A stretch of DNA of 64,000 bases. Origin: a virus (Duplodnaviria; Caudoviricetes). Where the stretch lies: IMG/VR virus record IMGVR_UViG_3300033145_002422; one strand, written 5' to 3'. Shown piece by piece: positions 45,468-54,559 of this stretch (the stretch's first letter is position 1; each line of letters starts with the position of its first letter). The translations under genes were made by a program, and so were the position numbers. The notes under the pieces were generated by a model that saw nothing but the letters and a program-made list of their open reading frames with translations, ran no database searches and was not told where the DNA came from.

Positions 45468-48400
45468 ATGATAAATCTAAATGAGCAGCAAGAATTAGCC
45501 GTGAATCATCTAGCCGGCCCATGTTTAGTTACCTCCTGTCCTGGTTCGGGAAAAACCCGTGTATTGACTGAAAGGACAATTAGGCTTATACAACAAGGAG
45601 TGATTCCTAAAAACATACTATGTATTACGTTTACCAATAAAGCCGCAAATGAAATGAAGAAAAGAATTTGCGAACGTATTGGTTCAAAAGATATAGGTAT
45701 GTTTGTTGGAACATTTCACTCCATGTGTGCTATGGTTATTCGAGCATATTACAAAAGGCTAGGATATACAAGCCAAATTACCATTCTAGATCAAGATGGT
45801 CAGAAATCTCTTATGAAGAAATGTGCCAGGGCTCTTGACTTTGATATTAAGGAAGATAACATAGATGTCGAACACATTATGTACCATATCAACACTTCAA
45901 GAGAGTTGAGTGAAGATAATTCTGAAATGGAAGACAGGTTTAAAAGCAAAAAGGATCACTGGACAATTGCAGAAGAATATTTCAAGGTTTTGAAGAAATC
46001 AAATTTGATTGATTTTAGTGGATTGCTGTATGAGATGATTAGGTTGTTAGAAGAAAATCAGGTTGTGCTAGAGAAGTTACATAACATCTTCAAATACATA
46101 CAGGTTGATGAATCACAGGACTGTAACAAAATACAATATGATATTATCAATTTATTAGGAAATAAATATAATAATATATTTTTAGTGGGAGATATTAGCC
46201 AGTGTGTTGCTGCCGATTCTCTGATTAGTGTTCAAGTTGGTGAATCTGAAGAATGTAAAAATATAAAAGAAAATAGTACAATATTTTCGGCCAGTGGTAG
46301 TGGAAATTATTCTCTTTCTAAAGTCGAAAGGGTATATAAAAAATATTGTGATAATGAAGTTGCTATGAGTATAGAAACTGATAGTGGTAATAAGTTGGTA
46401 TGTTCTCCCGATCATATTGTCTTTGCTGGGTTTTCTGGGGAAAATAACACTATTAATAAAAATTATATAGTATATTTGATGGAAGACGACAACAGTAACT
46501 TCCGCATAGGTGTTACGAAAATATATAGAAATAAAAAGAATGGCTATATTTACGGTTTTAAACAAAGAGTTCATCAACAACATGCTAGTAGAATTTGGTT
46601 TATGGGTGTTTTTGCTAGTTTTGATGAGGCTTTAATATATGAGGATATATGGTCTTTACAATATAGTATCCCTAAAAATGTTTTTAAAACTTGTCATAAT
46701 AAAGATGTATTCCAGAAACATATTGATGCTGTTTTTTCAACGATTAATACTAAATGTAATGCACTTAAAATGTTAAATGATTTTGGGATTATGTATAGCT
46801 ATCCACACCATATCCCATATTCGTTTGGTAAAAATAAAGGCAGAAATTTTACTGTGACTATTTGTTCCCATAGCAACTCTGTATTTCATACATGTGCGAT
46901 TTATGGGGATGATATGATAGATTATCAGTTACTAAAAGATGCGGGAATAGCTGTTAGATTGAAATCTAATAAAAGAGGATGGAAATTTCAAAAGGGGAGT
47001 ATTAATTTAGATTTTATATATGATATTTTATTACAAATAAAACGTGTTTTGGGAGATATTAATATAATAGAAAAAGCAAAATTAGTTACTGGTCATTCAT
47101 TGCCATTCTGTCCTGTGTCTAATATATTAGAAGGAATGAATGTTTTTGTTTTGTTAGACAATGGACAGCTTAGTGTTGATAGAGTAAAAAAATGTAAAAA
47201 AATTGATTATTCTGGTTACATGTATGATTTTGACATAAATAGAACTCATAATTTTGTTGCGAATGGGATAGTGAGTCATAATTCTATTTACCGTTTTCGG
47301 GGAGCAAGACACGAAAATATTTTAGATTTTCTTGTTAAATATCCCGATTGTAAAAGAATATCGTTGGGAAAGAACTACAGGTCAACTCCGGAAATCATTG
47401 AGGCAGCAGATAAACTAATTAGACACAACGACAGTCATATCAAGAATGATTTCTTTACGGATAACTCGAATGGGGATAGGGTTATTTGCAACCATTTCAA
47501 CTCTCAATATGCTGAGGCAGATTGGGTCAAGGGAAAGATAAAGTCGTACATAGATGATTTGGGTTGGGATTATTCTGATGTTGCTATTTTGTACCGACTC
47601 AACAAACTATCTCTTGATATGCAAACTTCTTTTGCGAAAGATGGGATACCGTATTGTGTAATCGGAGGCCCGAATTACTTCAATAGAAAAGAAATCAAAG
47701 ACTGTATCTCTATGTTGGAATTTATGGTTAACCGCAGAAATACGGTAGCCTTTCATAGAGTTCTTTCTACAATGAATGATGTAGGAGATAAGACGGTTGC
47801 GGCTATCGAAGCGAAGGCAGAACTAGACAACGTTGACTTGTACGATGCTTGTGAATCTCTGGTCGATTCCAACTCAAAAAGGATACAGAAGGCTTCCAAG
47901 AAAATTTCTAACATATATGCAAAAGATTTTGCCGGCAAACATGGAGGTGAATGCCTAGAAGAGTTGACCAGTTCGTTTAATTATTTTCAATGTCTCGCAT
48001 CATTCTGCAAAACTGATGAAGAGTTTGAAGAGCGTAAAGATAACATAAACGAGTTGATTATTCATGCCACTGAATTTGGAAAGATTAACCCGAATGTGAA
48101 AGACTATTTGAATAATATATCTTTGATTACTGATGCAGACAAAGACGCAGAAAAGAATGCCGTTACCCTTATGACTGTGCATGCAAGCAAGGGATTGGAG
48201 TTTCCAATAGTCTTTATCGTCGGTGTCGAAGATGATATACTCCCTCATTATAGGGCGCTGTTAGAAGGAGATACAGAAGAAGAAGTCAGTGATGCTGTAG
48301 AAGAAGAGAGAAGAATATGCTACGTCGCAATGACAAGAGCTATGAAGTACCTGAGTATGACATATTGCCGCTATAGAAAACAAAGAATGAAGGGCGGCAT

Positions 48401-48485
48401 AGTAATTGACAAGAAGAAATGTCCGAGTAGATTCCTTCTTGAGTCTGGCCTTATTAAAAAGGAAGAATACGAAGGTCATGTTTGA
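45468..48485 (+). CDS. uvrD: UvrD/PcrA SF1 helicase with intein
   Basis: LNEQQ, PGSGKT, TFTNKAA, VDESQD, GDISQ/SIYRFRGA, NYRST, TVHASKGLEF, EERR..YVAMTRA. Confidence 0.95.
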   Translation: MINLNEQQELAVNHLAGPCLVTSCPGSGKTRVLTERTIRLIQQGVIPKNILCITFTNKAANEMKKRICERIGSKDIGMFVGTFHSMCAMVIRAYYKRLGYTSQITILDQDGQKSLMKKCARALDFDIKEDNIDVEHIMYHINTSRELSEDNSEMEDRFKSKKDHWTIAEEYFKVLKKSNLIDFSGLLYEMIRLLEENQVVLEKLHNIFKYIQVDESQDCNKIQYDIINLLGNKYNNIFLVGDISQCVAADSLISVQVGESEECKNIKENSTIFSASGSGNYSLSKVERVYKKYCDNEVAMSIETDSGNKLVCSPDHIVFAGFSGENNTINKNYIVYLMEDDNSNFRIGVTKIYRNKKNGYIYGFKQRVHQQHASRIWFMGVFASFDEALIYEDIWSLQYSIPKNVFKTCHNKDVFQKHIDAVFSTINTKCNALKMLNDFGIMYSYPHHIPYSFGKNKGRNFTVTICSHSNSVFHTCAIYGDDMIDYQLLKDAGIAVRLKSNKRGWKFQKGSINLDFIYDILLQIKRVLGDINIIEKAKLVTGHSLPFCPVSNILEGMNVFVLLDNGQLSVDRVKKCKKIDYSGYMYDFDINRTHNFVANGIVSHNSIYRFRGARHENILDFLVKYPDCKRISLGKNYRSTPEIIEAADKLIRHNDSHIKNDFFTDNSNGDRVICNHFNSQYAEADWVKGKIKSYIDDLGWDYSDVAILYRLNKLSLDMQTSFAKDGIPYCVIGGPNYFNRKEIKDCISMLEFMVNRRNTVAFHRVLSTMNDVGDKTVAAIEAKAELDNVDLYDACESLVDSNSKRIQKASKKISNIYAKDFAGKHGGECLEELTSSFNYFQCLASFCKTDEEFEERKDNINELIIHATEFGKINPNVKDYLNNISLITDADKDAEKNAVTLMTVHASKGLEFPIVFIVGVEDDILPHYRALLEGDTEEEVSDAVEEERRICYVAMTRAMKYLSMTYCRYRKQRMKGGIVIDKKKCPSRFLLESGLIKKEEYEGHV
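46203..47282 (+). mobile_element. Intein (360 aa) in UvrD motif III with non-LAGLIDADG central domain
   Basis: Q|CVAADS...CSPDH...MYDFDI...NFVANGIVSHN|S; centre YIVYLM...FRIGVT. Confidence 0.9.
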
Positions 48486-48496
48486 TTGGAAAAGAT

Positions 48497-49201
48497 ATGA
48501 AAAGCTATGAGACTCTTATAGATAAACATGAAGGTGAGACGGCGTTTGTTGTTGGAGCAGGCACAAGCTTATATGGAGTCGATTTATCTCCGATACATGA
48601 TCATGTTGTTATATCAGTTAACAGTAGTATTATATTAATGCCTTGGCAAGATGGAGATATAAAAAATAGATATTGGATTTCTAATGATAGTGCTGTAAGG
48701 GGATGGTCATATTGGGAAGATGTAAAAAAGTCTAAGGCAACAAAGATAATAAGAAATAGTTGGAAAAAATATTATGAAGAGATTCCTGATTTTTTGGTTT
48801 TTTCTCCAAGAAAAGAAGTATCTGTAAATATAAATCTTAGTGAAAAAGCTTTATGTTATTCTAGTAGTATTCCAAGCGCTATAGATTTAGCTATACAAAT
48901 GGGATGTAAAAATATATTTTTATTGGGTGTTGATCATTATTTTAGAAATGGTAGAAGTCATTTTTGGCAGTTGTATAATAAAGAATGTCAACCTGTACCT
49001 GTTAAAACTGTAGTTCCTCCGTTTGTTTTACAGCAGCATATGTTCAATGTAAATGAACATTCATATGATTTACTAAAATGGTTTGCAGATTTTAGAAAAG
49101 CAAAAATATATAACTGCAATCCATTGAGTATGGTTAAACCATTTGATAAAATAGAATATAAAAATGCATTAGAAATGGTAAAAGAATATGGAAAAGTTTG
49201 A
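48497..49201 (+). CDS. DUF115/Maf (MptE-like) family protein
   Basis: DKHEGETAFVVGAGTSL, VISVN, SND, AIQMGCKNIFLLGVD. Confidence 0.75.
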   Translation: MKSYETLIDKHEGETAFVVGAGTSLYGVDLSPIHDHVVISVNSSIILMPWQDGDIKNRYWISNDSAVRGWSYWEDVKKSKATKIIRNSWKKYYEEIPDFLVFSPRKEVSVNINLSEKALCYSSSIPSAIDLAIQMGCKNIFLLGVDHYFRNGRSHFWQLYNKECQPVPVKTVVPPFVLQQHMFNVNEHSYDLLKWFADFRKAKIYNCNPLSMVKPFDKIEYKNALEMVKEYGKV

Positions 49202-49967
49202 AATAAAGGATTTACAAAATAAGCATAAGGGAGAAATGGCGTTTATAGTCTGTGCTGGTCCATCTCTTCATTATGAAAATGTCAATCTTTTAAAAAATTA
49301 TGTAACTATTGCTGTTAATTCTTCTGTTTTGAAAGTCCCATTTTGTGACTATTTTGTATCTGATGATGAGGGTATAGCCAGATGGAATTATTATATGGAA
49401 GATTTGAAATATATGAATTGTTTATGTCTTTTGTATGAAGATAAGTTGAAGCGATTGACATCTCATCTATCTAAAGAAAGAGTAGTATTTTTTAAGCATA
49501 AGATTTGGTACGATATCTATAAAAGAAAAAAGTATCCAGAGGGTTTGATATTAACCAATGAAGAGCCTATTATTGGAGCTAGAACATCTACAGGGACAGC
49601 TATTCATATTGCATATATTATGGGATGTAATCCTATAGTATTATTGGCAAATGATTGTTGTTACGATGGAACTAAAAAATATTATTGGCAATTCGATACT
49701 GAAAAAAAAGTAATTGCTATGAAAGGAAACGATAGGGAATTTAGTTTTCCTAATAGAGTTTATGAAAAACATAATATGGATAGTCATTGTATAGATTTTA
49801 TAGAATATTTTAATGCTTTAGAAGATTCTATAGAAAAACAAAAAAGAAATGGATTAGATATAGAATTGGTGAATATACAAAAAGGTGTTTTTAAATTGAA
49901 GTATAATAACTTTGATAGTTTAGAGAAAGTTATAGAAAAATATGGAGGTAAAAAAAAATGTCGATAG
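49188..49967 (+). CDS. DUF115/Maf (MptE-like) family protein
   Basis: NKHKGEMAFIVCAGPSL, TIAVN, AIHIAYIMGCNPIVLLAND. Confidence 0.75.
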   Translation: MEKFEIKDLQNKHKGEMAFIVCAGPSLHYENVNLLKNYVTIAVNSSVLKVPFCDYFVSDDEGIARWNYYMEDLKYMNCLCLLYEDKLKRLTSHLSKERVVFFKHKIWYDIYKRKKYPEGLILTNEEPIIGARTSTGTAIHIAYIMGCNPIVLLANDCCYDGTKKYYWQFDTEKKVIAMKGNDREFSFPNRVYEKHNMDSHCIDFIEYFNALEDSIEKQKRNGLDIELVNIQKGVFKLKYNNFDSLEKVIEKYGGKKKCR

Positions 49968-50293
49968 AAGGCCGCAACCCATTAAAAGACACTTCGGCAA
50001 AAGAAGGTATTTTTTTTGATTGTGAAATTAATTCAAATTCAGATGTTTATTCTTATAGTAACGATAATTGGCAAATAACATATGGCGATAATAGTGGAAA
50101 TTCAACTGTTGTAGCTCCTGTTACACAGCATGTAGAATATTCTTATTCTTCATATGCTCCTAACCATACAACTGTTAAAATAAATACCAATGAATTACTG
50201 GAAATAAAATTTAATATATTTGATGATTTGTCTCCAAGTGGAAGGATTCATAAATTGTCTGAATACATAAAGAAATTGAGGGAAAGTATATAA
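49958..50293 (+). CDS. Hypothetical protein (possibly degenerate 3' end)
   Basis: SD ggagg; overlapping frames downstream suggest decay. Confidence 0.4.
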   Translation: MSIEGRNPLKDTSAKEGIFFDCEINSNSDVYSYSNDNWQITYGDNSGNSTVVAPVTQHVEYSYSSYAPNHTTVKINTNELLEIKFNIFDDLSPSGRIHKLSEYIKKLRESI

Positions 50294-50452
50294 CAGTGGG
50301 AAAAGTATGGACTCAATCTACTATAGATATTGTCGCAAAACAAATTCAACAGGAAGGGGGGATGGGAAGATATTTGAAACGTTAAAAAACCTTTTGCCAG
50401 ATTCTCCAATAATTAAACTTATTAATAGTATACAAAAAATTAAGGAAAACCT

Positions 50453-51172
50453 ATGATACAAAATTATAAAATACTTTCTATAGTTCCCTGTAGGGCTGGC
50501 AGTATGGGCTTACAAGGAAAAAATTATAAGGATTTTAACGGAAGACCTCTTTTCTATTGGTCTCTAGATGCTTCTATAAAAAGCAAATATGTTGATTTAA
50601 CAGTTGTTTCCACGAATGATAATAATGTTCAAGGAAGAATGTATGGATATATGCATTCTAATATTAAATCTGAATTGCAATGTATGTGGAGGCCAGAAGA
50701 ATTATGTACTGGAACTTCCAAGAGCGAAGATACTTTGATTCATGTGAGTAAAGAACTTAAAAACAAATATGATATTATTATTATGTTGCAGCCAACTTCG
50801 CCAATAAGGACTAATAATCTTCTTGATAGGTGTATAGAGAAATTGATAGAAGAAAAAGCAGATAGTTTATTAACTGTTGGAAAGGGGAATTCTTTTTTAT
50901 GGAAGATTATAGATGGAATACCAGTAGCAGATTATGATTATCAAAATAGACCTATGAGACAAGAAATAAAAGAAAATGAATTGGTTTATGCTGACGATGG
51001 AAATGTTTATGTAATGAAGAGAGATATACTATTGAAAAATAAATGTAGAATTGGTGGAAAAATTACATTGTTTGAGAGCGATAGTTTTCAGACTTTGCAG
51101 ATAGATACAATTGAGGATTTTCAAATAATGGAGAATATTGTTAAAATTATTGGAGGTCCATTGTCTGTTTAG
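50453..51172 (+). CDS. neuA: CMP-nonulosonic acid synthetase (acylneuraminate cytidylyltransferase)
   Basis: IVPCRAGS.G..GKN, VSTND, RPEEL, LQPTSPIR, RPMRQE, IDTIEDF. Confidence 0.9.
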   Translation: MIQNYKILSIVPCRAGSMGLQGKNYKDFNGRPLFYWSLDASIKSKYVDLTVVSTNDNNVQGRMYGYMHSNIKSELQCMWRPEELCTGTSKSEDTLIHVSKELKNKYDIIIMLQPTSPIRTNNLLDRCIEKLIEEKADSLLTVGKGNSFLWKIIDGIPVADYDYQNRPMRQEIKENELVYADDGNVYVMKRDILLKNKCRIGGKITLFESDSFQTLQIDTIEDFQIMENIVKIIGGPLSV

Positions 51173-51182
51173 GAATAGCTAT

Positions 51183-51422
51183 ATGTATAATAATTATATT
51201 AATGAGAAGGGAGAAGAACTATTTCAGAAGCATGGGTGTAGTGATGGAATACATCCACTAATTCCAATATATAGTTGCTCTAAAGCGGAAAGGATAGAAA
51301 CCGTTAAATGGTGTCCGATATGTGGCTCTTATATTATTGATATTGAATATAAAAATAATATTAGAATTAATGATATAGCTAAAATGAGAAAACCAGATAT
51401 TTCTATTAGAACAAAAGATTAA
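51183..51422 (+). CDS. Small zinc-binding hypothetical protein
   Basis: WCPICG; SD agga before ATG 51183. Confidence 0.45.
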   Translation: MYNNYINEKGEELFQKHGCSDGIHPLIPIYSCSKAERIETVKWCPICGSYIIDIEYKNNIRINDIAKMRKPDISIRTKD

Positions 51423-51436
51423 GGAGATTTTTTTTA

Positions 51437-51658
51437 TTGAAATTTATAGAGCGTTATTCTGATTTAAATCATCATGAGGAATTTGGTACAGAAAATGAAC
51501 GAAGTATTATAAAATGTTGTGGTTCAACTCCATGCTGTGTTTGTGGAGAATATTCATATTTTGTAGATGGAAGACTTTTAGTTTGTTTATGCAGCGAAGA
51601 ATGTCAGAAAAAAATATGGGAAGATCTAGATGAAAAAGGAAATAAAAAACAGTTATAA
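51437..51658 (+). CDS. Small Cys-rich protein (TRASH/MYM-like CxxC...CSEEC)
   Basis: CCVCG...CSEEC; SD aaggag, TTG start. Confidence 0.5.
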   Translation: MKFIERYSDLNHHEEFGTENERSIIKCCGSTPCCVCGEYSYFVDGRLLVCLCSEECQKKIWEDLDEKGNKKQL

Positions 51659-51872
51659 GTGGTTTACAAACAAGGATTGTGAATATTATCCTTGCAAAAA
51701 GGAGCCTATAAATTGTAAATTTTGTTTCTGCCCCTTATATAATATGAAAAATTGTCCAGGCACTCCAATTTATTTGGATGATGGAACCAAAGATTGTAGT
51801 AAATGTCGATTCCCACATAAACTAGAAAATTATGATAAGATTATGTCAATTCTGAAAAGCCTTAGCAAATAG
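51630..51872 (+). CDS. Cysteine-rich small domain (zf-like) protein
   Basis: NKDCEYYPC..NCKFCFCPLY..CPG...KDCSKCRFPH. Confidence 0.75.
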   Translation: MKKEIKNSYKWFTNKDCEYYPCKKEPINCKFCFCPLYNMKNCPGTPIYLDDGTKDCSKCRFPHKLENYDKIMSILKSLSK

Positions 51873-51900
51873 AATTACGGAGAAAAAGTGTTTTATTGTT

Positions 51901-51909
51901 TGGTATAAT
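51901..51909 (+). promoter_or_regulatory. Extended -10 sigma70-type promoter element
   Basis: TG-G-TATAAT about 35 nt upstream of ATG 51944. Confidence 0.5.
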
Positions 51910-51943
51910 AGGTTCAACTCGTTTTATAATTTAGGAGAAGATA

Positions 51944-52645
51944 ATGGTTAGAAATTTAATGCTATGTTTATTGGTTGTTGTTATCTGTTTAGGAACTTTT
52001 TTAGGAATTTTTGTCGGATGTTCTATGAATATCGATGAAGACGTTGATATTCAAAGAGCATTTTTGGGAAAGATTGTCAATCCTGCTAATGGCGAAGAAG
52101 GTTTTAAAGACGCTCGCTATTATGTTGAAGAAGTTTTTTCTGATTTTAGTAAGGTTAAAAATGGCAATAGGTTTGTGGCTACTAACCTAGCTGAATATAG
52201 CTATAACAAGAACAGCCGCCATACTTTGCATGATTTATATCCTGGGAACATAGTAGAAGTTTACGAAATGAGTAATGGTAAACATTTCTTTTCTATGACT
52301 CCAACGGTCATATTTTTCGTTGCTAAAGTTCCTACTGAGTTGGAGTTGAAAGATGAACTGTCTAAATGCTCGGATAAGCATAGGGAAAAATATCAAGCAA
52401 TCATCGAAGCTAAAGATTCGAGGTATGTTCTGATAAGGCAACAATATAATAATGGCTTTGGCAGAACTATTCCTTTTGATAAAGAAAGTTTGAAAGATTC
52501 TGGACAGGATGTTTTATATGCCGCTATTAACCTGTCTGAGGAGAATGGCAAAACTCACAATTTGAAGGCCGGAACGTATGTAAGCGTATTCTCAATTAAG
52601 AAATCGAATAGCGGAGGAATATACTTCTTTAATTCTACCCCATAA
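51944..52645 (+). CDS. Putative lipoprotein
   Basis: Hydrophobic signal ending IFVGC lipobox; SD aggag. Confidence 0.6.
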   Translation: MVRNLMLCLLVVVICLGTFLGIFVGCSMNIDEDVDIQRAFLGKIVNPANGEEGFKDARYYVEEVFSDFSKVKNGNRFVATNLAEYSYNKNSRHTLHDLYPGNIVEVYEMSNGKHFFSMTPTVIFFVAKVPTELELKDELSKCSDKHREKYQAIIEAKDSRYVLIRQQYNNGFGRTIPFDKESLKDSGQDVLYAAINLSEENGKTHNLKAGTYVSVFSIKKSNSGGIYFFNSTP

Positions 52646-52671
52646 AATTCCCCAAAAATAAAGAAGGAGTA

Positions 52672-52705
52672 AGAGCTATACATTGCCAATACAATGTATG
52701 GCTCT
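52672..52705. promoter_or_regulatory. 14-bp inverted repeat (candidate operator or hairpin) upstream of RHH gene
   Basis: agagctatacattg-ccaata-caatgtatggctct, one mismatch (G-U pair if RNA). Confidence 0.65.
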
Positions 52706-52723
52706 ATTTATTTGGGGAAAACA

Positions 52724-52882
52724 ATGAAAAAACCAATTAGCATGAGGATAGATAATGAAGTTTTGACAAAAGCTAAAAAAGTTGCAAAACTTCAGAAAAA
52801 AAGTTTTACCCAATTGGTTACAGACCTTTTATGGGAGTGTACCAAGGGCCATGGATTAGTTGATAAAAAACAAGGAGACTAA
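52724..52882 (+). CDS. Ribbon-helix-helix (CopG-like) DNA-binding protein
   Basis: KPISMRIDNEVLTKAKKVAK...SFTQLV..LL; SD gggga. Confidence 0.7.
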   Translation: MKKPISMRIDNEVLTKAKKVAKLQKKSFTQLVTDLLWECTKGHGLVDKKQGD

Positions 52883-52884
52883 AA

Positions 52885-53760
52885 ATGGCTATCGGAAAAT
52901 CGGTTAACATTGTTGCTGAGGCTTGCTGTAATCACCAGGGTAATTTAGACCTCGCTTTTGATATGATCAAAACAGCCAAGTTGTGTGATGTAGATTATGT
53001 AAAATTCCAAAAGAGGAATTGCGTTAAGGCTGTACCGAAGCATATGCATAATCAGCCTCATCCATATGCGGCAAATTCGTTTGGCGAGACCTATTTACAG
53101 CATAGGGAGGCGTTGGAGTTTACGATAGATCAGCATAAGCAGTTAAAAGATTATTGTGACTCTATTGGCATAAAATATGCCTGTTCGGTTTGGGATGAAG
53201 ATTCGGCAGCAGAAATTATATCTCTAAACCCTGAGTATATCAAGATTCCAAGTGCTATGAATTACAATTTTGAATTGTTGGATTATGTCTTTGATAACTA
53301 TGATGGAGATATACATATTTCATTTGGAATGATAACGAGAAATGAGATTAACGATTTGATTTCTCATTTGAAAGGACAAAAAAACCATATCGTTGCCTAT
53401 TGGACCACTAGTGGATATCCGGTTTCATTTGACGAATTGTATTTGTTGGAAATAGGAAATCTCAAAAAGTATTTTGAAGTTGGATACAGCGGTCATAATC
53501 TCGGAATTGCCGTGGACATGGCTACGATAGTTTTGGGTTGTACTTGGGTAGAAAGGCATTTCACTTTGGACAGAACAGCAAAGGGAACGGATAATGCTGC
53601 TAGTCTAGAACCAGCAGGCTTATCTAAGTTGGTTCGTGACTCAAAAGCTGTTATTAAGTCTTTGCAATATAAAAATATAGACTTAACTGAGGATGAAAAA
53701 GAAACTAGGGAGAAATTAAAGATATGGGAAAAAAAATTAATTCACCCAAACATAATCTAG
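52885..53760 (+). CDS. neuB: Nonulosonate(-9-phosphate) synthase, short form without SAF domain
   Basis: IVAEACCNHQG, VKFQKR, SVWD, IKIPSA, GYSGH, ERHFTLDR..KGTD..ASLEP. Confidence 0.92.
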   Translation: MAIGKSVNIVAEACCNHQGNLDLAFDMIKTAKLCDVDYVKFQKRNCVKAVPKHMHNQPHPYAANSFGETYLQHREALEFTIDQHKQLKDYCDSIGIKYACSVWDEDSAAEIISLNPEYIKIPSAMNYNFELLDYVFDNYDGDIHISFGMITRNEINDLISHLKGQKNHIVAYWTTSGYPVSFDELYLLEIGNLKKYFEVGYSGHNLGIAVDMATIVLGCTWVERHFTLDRTAKGTDNAASLEPAGLSKLVRDSKAVIKSLQYKNIDLTEDEKETREKLKIWEKKLIHPNII

Positions 53761-54368
53761 AAGGGAAAAGATTCGGTAAATTAGTCGCACAAAAAGAATA
53801 TAAAAGAGAAACCAAGGATCTTCCTAGCGGAAAGGCTTATTTCCTTTATTGGCTATGTAAATGTGATTGTGGAAATGAGAAATGGATTAATGCTAATCAT
53901 TTGAAAAGGGGACAAACTAGAAGTTGTGGTTGTTATAGCGTTGCTTATCGTTGCCGAGGGCGTTTGCTGGAAAAAGGATTAGCGGCAAAAAACAGATGCT
54001 ATGCTCAGTACGAGACAGTTGCTAAAAGAAATAATAGAAAGTTTGAATTAACTTTTGAGCAGTTTATCGACATTACATCTCATAATTGTTATTATTGTGG
54101 AGCAGAACCGTCTAATATGAGTAAATCTGGCAAATATAGCGGAGATTATATCTATAATGGTGTAGATAGATTAGATAATTCCAAAGGGTATATCCTAACT
54201 AACTGCGTGCCGTGCTGTAAGACATGTAACAAAACTAAATTAAAAATGTCAAGAAAAGAATTTGTGGACTGGGTTTCTAGGGTATATGACCATATAGTTA
54301 CCGGGGAGACTTGGGATGCCCACAGAAGCTACAGGAGACCCAGGGACGCATTTACTCCTTCTCCATAG
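53724..54368 (+). CDS. Free-standing HNH homing endonuclease
   Basis: GKRFGKL..WLCKCDCGN..SCGC N-terminal domain; CYYCG..NGVDRLDNSKGY...NCVPCCKTCN. Confidence 0.85.
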   Translation: MGKKINSPKHNLEGKRFGKLVAQKEYKRETKDLPSGKAYFLYWLCKCDCGNEKWINANHLKRGQTRSCGCYSVAYRCRGRLLEKGLAAKNRCYAQYETVAKRNNRKFELTFEQFIDITSHNCYYCGAEPSNMSKSGKYSGDYIYNGVDRLDNSKGYILTNCVPCCKTCNKTKLKMSRKEFVDWVSRVYDHIVTGETWDAHRSYRRPRDAFTPSP

Positions 54369-54559
54369 GAGTAACGAGGATTGGGATGCGGAAGCTGTTG
54401 TAGAGCCTCTGGGATGCATTCTTGAGGGTTTCTCTTTTGTAGCTTAACTGCATCTGCTCCAGAATTTTTCGCCAATTGAATAAGCATTTTGGCTCTATCC
54501 ATATTCCCAATATGTGTATTGCCTATTTCTGCTGTGATGAAAGGTTTTTTATATATCAT
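54329..54559 (-). pseudogene. neuB: Truncated, inverted second neuB (N-terminal ~67 aa)
   Basis: MIYKKPFITAEIGNTHIGN...GADAVKLQKRNP...PHPNPRYSYGE then stop; intact SD aaggagg. Confidence 0.85.

Noticed and set aside
53600-53760. neuB truncated by HNH insertion
   Set aside because: All TIM-barrel motifs are present and short SAF-less NeuB proteins exist; treated as intact
52662-54362. Invertible segment bounded by the 11-bp inverted repeat agaaggagtaa (52662-52672 / 54352-54362)
   Set aside because: Inverting it does not restore the truncated neuB frame, the repeat is SD-like, and no recombinase is nearby; may be chance
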